This document shows, in pieces, positions 57,995 to 64,000 of a DNA stretch of 64,000 nucleotides. The position numbers and the translations under genes are program-made. The notes under the pieces were generated by a model. The model was not told where the DNA came from and did no database searches. It was given only the letters and a program-made list of their open reading frames with translations. Each line of letters begins with the position of its first letter. The first letter of the stretch is position 1. Source of the DNA: Fibrobacter sp. (GTDB lineage Bacteria > Fibrobacterota > Fibrobacteria > Fibrobacterales > Fibrobacteraceae); the NCBI GenBank assembly GCA_024398815.1, contig JAKSIL010000001.1, positions 23,238 through 87,237 on the forward strand, given 5' to 3'.

Positions 57995-59884
57995 ATGTTA
58001 GACCTGTGTAGTTTTTTTGATGGAATGTCAAAGCCTCTTTTGCGTGAGGTCCATGCAAGGGCTTATGGTAAAAAGGGCCTTTTGAATAATTCGCTCATAC
58101 AGAGCGAGGTAGTGTCCTATTTTAGCGATGTTGACAGGGTGGCTACCCTTTTTGCCAAGATGGAATCCTGGCAGCGCCGTTGCATTAATTTGATTTATCA
58201 TAGTGCGTCCCGCGGACTTTCGTACAATGAACTGCGCCTTACGGTTCCTGTTGGAAAGAACAGGGAATTACAGTCTTTTTTGCTTTCCATGTGCCGCGAA
58301 TTCATCATTTGGCGCTCCTTCGTTTCTGGTTCGCCTGTGTATTGCGGTTTTAAAAACTTTATCGGTAATTTTGAAATCGAACCCGAAGAGACTGTCGATA
58401 CGACGAAACCCGCGGTGGGCTACAGCAACCTTATCGATTGGCACATCTGCTACATGCTGGCTCTCGCCCAGAAAGGCGAACTGAAAATCAATTCCAACGG
58501 GACTCTCCATCGTCGCAGTTACCAGCTTTGCGTCGCCGCTCTTACATACGCTGCGAAGATTTCCGAGAAGGTCGCCGAAAACGAAGTCTCGCTGATTTTC
58601 AACTTCCTCACGCAAAACGTGTGGCTTGAACAAGACGACATGCTGCTGCGCCCGTCTGAGAAAGCCTTGGAATTCTTGCGCAAGAACGGCTTCCGCCTGC
58701 ACCAGGACCTGCTGGATTGGTGGATCAAGGTCCGCTTCCGCGGTGACCGCAACCATTGCGTACGCCTGCTGCGTGGGCTTGAAAAAGGCAAGGACGTTTC
58801 GGACGCCGCGTTTCTCTTTTGGGTCATGGACCCCTCGTACCGCATTCTCGAGCGCAACAAGCAGCTTGCCTGGGACTACCTGCCGCGGCACTTGCGCGAG
58901 CTTTGGCTCATGGGCCTCGTGGAATTCCAGATGGTGGCCGAAAAGGGCCTGCGCAAAATTACCGCAGTGCAGCTGAGTCGCACCGGACAGGAATGGATTG
59001 CGTCGGGCGTCATGCCGCTTCCCGAACAAAGTATTTCTACGCTTCCGAATTTCGATTTGATTACGACGACGGGAACGTCTCCCAGGGTCTTGTTCCTGCT
59101 CGCTTGCCTCGCGACTGTCAAGAACGACGAAACCTACCTGAATTTCAGCTTTGGCAAGGATGAATACCTGGCGGGTCTCAAGAGCGGCCTTTGCGAATCC
59201 GATATCGAACAATTTCATTCGTGGATCAAGCCTCCCGAAAACGTTTCCTCGACATTGAACGAGTGGAATTCGTCCTTTTACGGCGCTCGCGTTCGCACCG
59301 TGCGTCTTTTGAAAATAGACGATTCCAAGATTCTTGCTGAACTGTGCAAGTTCCCGCAGTTCATGGAATGCGTCAATGAATCCATTTCGGGTTACGGTTT
59401 TGTTATGAATCCGGAAAAGGAACGCGATGCTTTTAACATCCTTGAAAGTTTCGGTTTCAGTCCCTTCGCGGACCGTTCCGCAGAGAATCGCGTTCCGGCC
59501 CCCACCGACGAATGGCGCAAGGATTTCTGCATTACCTGGGTTTCGGTGGACAAGCCCGATTACGAACTCAAGGACGATGTTGACGAGGTGACCATCCAGA
59601 CGGCCTTGAACGCGACCAAGTACGGAAGCCTTTACCAAAAGCTCGATACTTTCGACCTGGTCAAGGTTTTGCGCTATGCAAAAGCAACGGGCACTTTGCT
59701 TGCCGCACAGGTCAAGAATCCTGAGAAACGTACCGAGAAAATGAGGGAGCTCGTTTTCTACGTCCATTCCCTGCATTTCGCCAAGGCGCCATTCAACGTC
59801 GAAATTCAGGAACACGGGTCCGAAGAACGCTACCCGCTCATGCTTTCGCACATCCAGGAAGTCAAGACCCTCCAAAAAAAATAG
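57995..59884 (+). CDS. Helicase-associated (Helicase_C_3-like) domain protein
   Basis: LPNFDL..SPRVLFLL..PPENVSSTLNEW...YG resembles the XPB-associated domain; no ATPase motifs. Start at ATG 57995. Confidence 0.55.
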   Translation: MLDLCSFFDGMSKPLLREVHARAYGKKGLLNNSLIQSEVVSYFSDVDRVATLFAKMESWQRRCINLIYHSASRGLSYNELRLTVPVGKNRELQSFLLSMCREFIIWRSFVSGSPVYCGFKNFIGNFEIEPEETVDTTKPAVGYSNLIDWHICYMLALAQKGELKINSNGTLHRRSYQLCVAALTYAAKISEKVAENEVSLIFNFLTQNVWLEQDDMLLRPSEKALEFLRKNGFRLHQDLLDWWIKVRFRGDRNHCVRLLRGLEKGKDVSDAAFLFWVMDPSYRILERNKQLAWDYLPRHLRELWLMGLVEFQMVAEKGLRKITAVQLSRTGQEWIASGVMPLPEQSISTLPNFDLITTTGTSPRVLFLLACLATVKNDETYLNFSFGKDEYLAGLKSGLCESDIEQFHSWIKPPENVSSTLNEWNSSFYGARVRTVRLLKIDDSKILAELCKFPQFMECVNESISGYGFVMNPEKERDAFNILESFGFSPFADRSAENRVPAPTDEWRKDFCITWVSVDKPDYELKDDVDEVTIQTALNATKYGSLYQKLDTFDLVKVLRYAKATGTLLAAQVKNPEKRTEKMRELVFYVHSLHFAKAPFNVEIQEHGSEERYPLMLSHIQEVKTLQKK

Positions 59885-59900
59885 GACCCGCCCCAAAATT

Positions 59901-60338
59901 TTACGGGAGCGTTTGTGCGTAGCCGGCGATGTCGCGCATGTCGTCGAGGTCTATTTCGTTTATGTAGGCTTCCATGCCGCGTTCTTCGTCGCCAAAGTTC
60001 ATCTGGTACCAGAACGTGGGCATGTCGTTGCGTGCGCGTATGCCGATGTATTCCGGGATGCCGCCGGGGTTGAAGTTTGTTCTTCGTCCGTCGTCGCCGT
60101 GGCACGCTCTGCAGTTCTGGTAGAACTGCTTTGCTCCGTTTTTCAGGTCGGCGTTCTTGATGATGCCGTCCTTGCCTAAAAGCTTGTAAACCAGGTAGGC
60201 CATGCGCTTGTCTTCGACCGTGAGTGTGTCGCCTTCGGAGCCTGGAGCAGGTTTTGGTTGCGCAAGGCATGCCGAGGCCCCTGCCAAAAGGATGGCGATG
60301 GCTGTTAAAATGGCTTTTGGGGCATAGGGAAGAAGCAT
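59901..60338 (-). CDS. Monoheme c-type cytochrome
   Basis: Signal peptide; GAKQFYQNCRACHGDDG (CxxCH), distal Met candidate GMEAY, DIAGY helix. Start at ATG 60338. Confidence 0.8.
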   Translation of the reverse strand: MLLPYAPKAILTAIAILLAGASACLAQPKPAPGSEGDTLTVEDKRMAYLVYKLLGKDGIIKNADLKNGAKQFYQNCRACHGDDGRRTNFNPGGIPEYIGIRARNDMPTFWYQMNFGDEERGMEAYINEIDLDDMRDIAGYAQTLP

Positions 60339-60380
60339 AGGAACAATATAAAAAGTTATAGCTTTCCTATATTGGATGAC

Positions 60381-61451
60381 ATGAATAAAAAATTGATTTT
60401 TTTGTTTGCTGCCGTATTGGCGGCGACGTCTTTTGGAGGTGAAACCATGGCTGCCCAGGGTTCCGAAAACATAAAGTTCATGGGTCGTTGGAATCACGAG
60501 AAAAACAGGTCCTGCGCTAGCGCCCCCTCTGCCTATATCCAGTTTAACGCTAACGCTAAGTCGGTATCGTTCGACCTCGAGGGCGATGTCCGTTGGCGAT
60601 TCGATATCGACAACAAGCCTGTCGTTTACTTTACAACAAGTGAACGAACCGTCAAAAAGCTCGCTGCCGCCTCCGATGGCGAAAACCACAGCTACCGCTT
60701 GATCAAGGTGAGTGAAAGCAACCCGGGCGAGGCTTGCCTTTATTCCGTAAGCCTAGCGCCGAAGGGCGTGTTTGGCGCAAAGCCCAAGGACTCCAACCGT
60801 CGCGTGGAGTTCATCGGCGATTCGTTCACGGTGGGCTTTGGCAACGAAGGGAGCATCTCCGACGACGAATCCAAGGTGTTTGAAAAGACCGACGGCTCCA
60901 AGGGTTACGCCTTCTTGCTTGCCGACGGCTTCAAGGCCGATTTCCAGGTGAATGCGGTCAGCGGTCGAGGCCTGGTGCGAAACTACGCAAATATCGTTCC
61001 CGAGTGGCCGCTCGAAAAGCTCTATGACTTGACCGAGATGGGTATCGCTGGTGAACCCAACCGCGAAAACGCCTGGGACTTTGGAAAGTTCCATCCGCAG
61101 GTGATTGTCGTTTTCGTGGGCATCAACGATTTCCAGGGCGAACCTCCCTATGCAGACAAGGCGCAGTTCAAGGCGGCTTATGCCCGCTTGCTTGAAAAAC
61201 TCCGCCAACAGCACCCGGGAGTCAAGTTCCTTCTTGTTTCCACCAAGGTTTGGCCGAACGATGACCTGACCCCCACGGTCCAGTCGATTTACGACGAAGA
61301 AATCGCTCAGGGGCGTAAGGATGTGGAGTTCAAAGTGCTGAAAACCGAAAATCAGGGCATGCTCGGGCACCCGAATGTGTACGATCACGGCCAAATGGCT
61401 AACGCTTTGAGGCCTATTTTGGGTAGATTAGGGGGGTGGTTGAGCCGTTAA
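60381..61451 (+). CDS. SGNH/GDSL carbohydrate esterase (CE2-like)
   Basis: FMGRW N-domain; EFIGDSFTVGFG, AVSGRG, VGINDF, GHPN. Confidence 0.85.
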   Translation: MNKKLIFLFAAVLAATSFGGETMAAQGSENIKFMGRWNHEKNRSCASAPSAYIQFNANAKSVSFDLEGDVRWRFDIDNKPVVYFTTSERTVKKLAAASDGENHSYRLIKVSESNPGEACLYSVSLAPKGVFGAKPKDSNRRVEFIGDSFTVGFGNEGSISDDESKVFEKTDGSKGYAFLLADGFKADFQVNAVSGRGLVRNYANIVPEWPLEKLYDLTEMGIAGEPNRENAWDFGKFHPQVIVVFVGINDFQGEPPYADKAQFKAAYARLLEKLRQQHPGVKFLLVSTKVWPNDDLTPTVQSIYDEEIAQGRKDVEFKVLKTENQGMLGHPNVYDHGQMANALRPILGRLGGWLSR

Positions 61452-61496
61452 ACCCGACTTTTTATATATTTAAACTACGATGCTAGGAAGGTTGTG

Positions 61497-62846
61497 ATGT
61501 CAAGAGTCATGGAAAAAATATATGCACTGTTCAGGATGAACATCCTGATTTTCGTGTTGCTGGTGGCAACAGTTATTGCCCTTTTTGCCTATCAATATGG
61601 ACTTGACGAGATTGCCCAGTTGAATATTGCTGACTGCAACAATTCCGACATCAAGTGCGCCGTGCAGGCCGAAACCGACTCCGTCGACGGCGGTTCCTCC
61701 ATGGTGAACCTCCAGTGGACCGATTCCTCCATCGTGGTCGACTACGAACTTCGCGAAGGCTACGCCTACCCGTATGCCGGCATCAAGATTTACATGGGCG
61801 ACGGCAAGGTTCGCGGTAGGGACCTCTCCGGCTTCGATAGCATGTTCGTGAGCGTCAAGCCCCGTGGCGAAGGCTCCGTCCGTCTTTACATGCGCGGCTA
61901 CGATTCCGAAATCTACCGCGAGAACGACGAAACGTCCCTCAAGTTCAACGAAATCGAATTTTTCCCGCTCGACGAGACCTATCCGGCCGTATTCGTCCCC
62001 AAGGAATTCCGCGTGGCCAGCTGGTGGGTCGCCCAGAACGAAGTCAACGTCCACAAGGCCTACGTAGACCTTTCGAACATTCCTCTTATCGAAATCCAGA
62101 CGGGCACCAACGCTCCTCTCGGCTACGGAACCCTCGAAATCAAGGGCATTACCTTCAAGGGTAAAAAGATCAAGAAGGTCGACCTCGTCACCATCCTCGT
62201 CGCGGTCTGGTTCGTCACCTTCCTCATCATCCTCATCATCCGCTTCTTCGACTACAGCCGCGAACGCGCCGCCGAAAAGAAAAAGCGCGAGGAACTCGAA
62301 AAGAACTTGCGCGCTCTCGAAATCGAGAAGAGCGAATACGAGAGGTCCAGCAAGGAAGACCCGCTTACGGGTTGCTTGAACCGCGTCGGCTTCAACAACG
62401 TGCTTATGCGCGAACAGGAAAACCTGAGCAAGAACGGCAGTCCGGTTTCGTTCGTGATTCTCGACATCGACCATTTCAAGGACGTGAACGACACTTACGG
62501 CCACAACGTCGGCGACGAAGTGCTGGTGGGCCTCTCCAAGCTCATCCAGGGCAAGATCCGCAACACCGACGCTCTTGTCCGCTGGGGTGGCGAAGAATTC
62601 GTGATTCTCTGCGGCGACACGCCGATCCAGAACGCTCAGTTCCTTGCCGAAAAGCTTCGCGTGGCCATCGAAAAGACGCCTCTCATCAAGCAGCAGCAGG
62701 TGACCTGCTCCTTCGGTATTGCCGAAATGCAGCTTGACGAAGACCCGAAGAAGTTGTTCGACCGCGCCGACCGCGCCTTGTATGCTTCCAAGGAAGGCGG
62801 CCGTAACCGCGTAACGAGCGCCACTTTCAAACGCGCTTCCCGCTAG
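61497..62846 (+). CDS. Diguanylate cyclase with periplasmic CBM11/CIA30-like sensor domain
   Basis: Two TM helices flank YELREGYAYPYAGI..DLSGFDSM..F.VASWW; coiled coil; DPLTG, DIDHFK.VND.YGH..GD, RNTD I-site, RWGGEEF. Confidence 0.88.
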   Translation: MSRVMEKIYALFRMNILIFVLLVATVIALFAYQYGLDEIAQLNIADCNNSDIKCAVQAETDSVDGGSSMVNLQWTDSSIVVDYELREGYAYPYAGIKIYMGDGKVRGRDLSGFDSMFVSVKPRGEGSVRLYMRGYDSEIYRENDETSLKFNEIEFFPLDETYPAVFVPKEFRVASWWVAQNEVNVHKAYVDLSNIPLIEIQTGTNAPLGYGTLEIKGITFKGKKIKKVDLVTILVAVWFVTFLIILIIRFFDYSRERAAEKKKREELEKNLRALEIEKSEYERSSKEDPLTGCLNRVGFNNVLMREQENLSKNGSPVSFVILDIDHFKDVNDTYGHNVGDEVLVGLSKLIQGKIRNTDALVRWGGEEFVILCGDTPIQNAQFLAEKLRVAIEKTPLIKQQQVTCSFGIAEMQLDEDPKKLFDRADRALYASKEGGRNRVTSATFKRASR

Positions 62847-62853
62847 GTTCAAG

Positions 62854-63237
62854 ATGAAAGCGAAGAGTTCCTTTTCGCTTTTGCTTCTTGCAGTCTCTGC
62901 GTTTTTGCTTGCGTCCTGCGCAAGCGCTCCCGAGCCCGAGGTCGAGTTCCGGCCGGTCCAGCTCAGCTGGAACGCCCTGAGCGAGGAGGCTGAAAATTTC
63001 CCCGCAAAAGATGTCTGTGTGATAAAAGTCACGGCATCTCTCTCCCAGGAAAGCGTCGTGGTCGCTTCTAAAAACGACAATCTGGAGTACGTGGTTTCGT
63101 TCGATATTGGCGGTCCAGGCCTTGAATTTAGCGGAATTCAGGCAAATTTATCCATGTTGGATACGCCCGAGTACAAGTGGAACGCCACCTGCGATAGCAC
63201 TGGAAATGTCGTTGTAAAATTTCACAACGGACAGTGA
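62854..63237 (+). CDS. Hypothetical lipoprotein
   Basis: Lipobox LASC; starts 7 bp after the GGDEF gene. Confidence 0.7.
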   Translation: MKAKSSFSLLLLAVSAFLLASCASAPEPEVEFRPVQLSWNALSEEAENFPAKDVCVIKVTASLSQESVVVASKNDNLEYVVSFDIGGPGLEFSGIQANLSMLDTPEYKWNATCDSTGNVVVKFHNGQ

Positions 63238-63326
63238 GGACTAGTACTACTTTTTTGATAGTCAAGGTTTTATCTTTATTATAGTTGGGATGGGTAGTAC
63301 ACCTATCGTTATAAGGAATTTGACCA

Positions 63327-64000
63327 GTGGAACCAATATTCGAATATACAGACTATAGAGAATGGTTGCGCGACGCTTTTGATGACTTCAAAAAGCGTAA
63401 GACGGTCATATCCTGGCGATACATGGCTATGAAGCTGGGGGCCGATCCGGGCAACCTTTTGCGTGTATCCCAGGGCAAGATCCACTTGACTACGTCTCTT
63501 GTTCAGCCGATGGCTGAATTCTTTGAACTTTCCGAGAAGGAAGCGGCTTACTGGGCCGAACTCGTGTACTTTGGCCGTGCGAAGACCGACGCCGAAGCTT
63601 TGAACCATTACGAAAAGATGCAGATGCTCAAGGGAATCCCCCTGAAGCGCCTGGCGAAGAAGGAACTGGAGTTCTACCGTCACTGGTATTGCAACTCCAT
63701 TCGCTCGATTATCGGCATTTGCAAGTTCAAGGACGACTACGAGGGCCTGGCGGAGTGCTGTACGCCTGCAATTTCTGTAGACGAGGCAAAAAATGCCGTC
63801 AAACTTTTGTATGATTTAAACATGATTTCTAAGGATAGGGATGGATTCTGGAAGGTGAACGATACCTTTGTCAGCACGGGCGGCAACTGGCGTTCCGAGG
63901 CTGTACGTACGTTCCAGAACGAAACTATCCGTTTGGCCGGTGAATCGCTGGAGCGTCATGCTCCGCCTCTTCGCGATATCAGCACCGTGACCATGACTTT
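63327..64000 (+). CDS. TIGR02147-like Fibrobacter paralogous family protein (HTH), 3'-truncated by the window
   Basis: Not in the ORF track. From GTG 63327 (AAGGA RBS): MEPIFEYTDYREWLRDAFDDFKKRKTVISWRYMAMKLGADPGNLLRVSQGKIHL..FYRHWYCNSIRS; open to the window edge. Confidence 0.85.
   Translation, partial: MEPIFEYTDYREWLRDAFDDFKKRKTVISWRYMAMKLGADPGNLLRVSQGKIHLTTSLVQPMAEFFELSEKEAAYWAELVYFGRAKTDAEALNHYEKMQMLKGIPLKRLAKKELEFYRHWYCNSIRSIIGICKFKDDYEGLAECCTPAISVDEAKNAVKLLYDLNMISKDRDGFWKVNDTFVSTGGNWRSEAVRTFQNETIRLAGESLERHAPPLRDISTVTMT

Noticed and set aside
60339-60689. N-terminal extension of the cytochrome c ORF
   Set aside because: It is antisense to the esterase; the signal peptide starts at 60338.
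63242-63300. GTACTAC...GTAGTAC inverted repeat upstream of the TIGR02147-like gene
   Set aside because: Only 7 bp with a spacer over 40 bp; not distinguishable from chance without comparative data.

Overview
Gene-dense chromosomal window that looks like a Fibrobacter-type cellulolytic anaerobe: a TIGR02147-like gene at the right edge, many lipoproteins, and short basic T9SS-like C-terminal sorting domains. I see no rRNA, tRNA, transposase, integrase or CRISPR array. The centrepiece is a ~21 kb glycan-utilisation region (14394-35220) with no SusC/SusD or ABC transporter. A divergent GH5 faces a tight operon of a CBM-like protein, three paralogous predicted outer-membrane beta-barrels, a lipoprotein and a GH18 that lacks its catalytic Glu. 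Next come three CBM-like secreted paralogues at an exact 1186-bp period, a GH8 lipoprotein, and a GH5-GH8 pair preceded by a perfect CRP box. Other notable items are a large secreted protein with tandem CBM3-like modules, a PorZ-like protein, a collagen-stalk lipoprotein ending in a histidine phosphatase, an M6-type pseudo-protease and a diguanylate cyclase with a CBM-like periplasmic sensor. Housekeeping genes include dsbD, a CCA-type nucleotidyltransferase, lpxA, moxR, purA, crp, lepB and dinG. All family calls come from motif recognition by eye; no database search was run.
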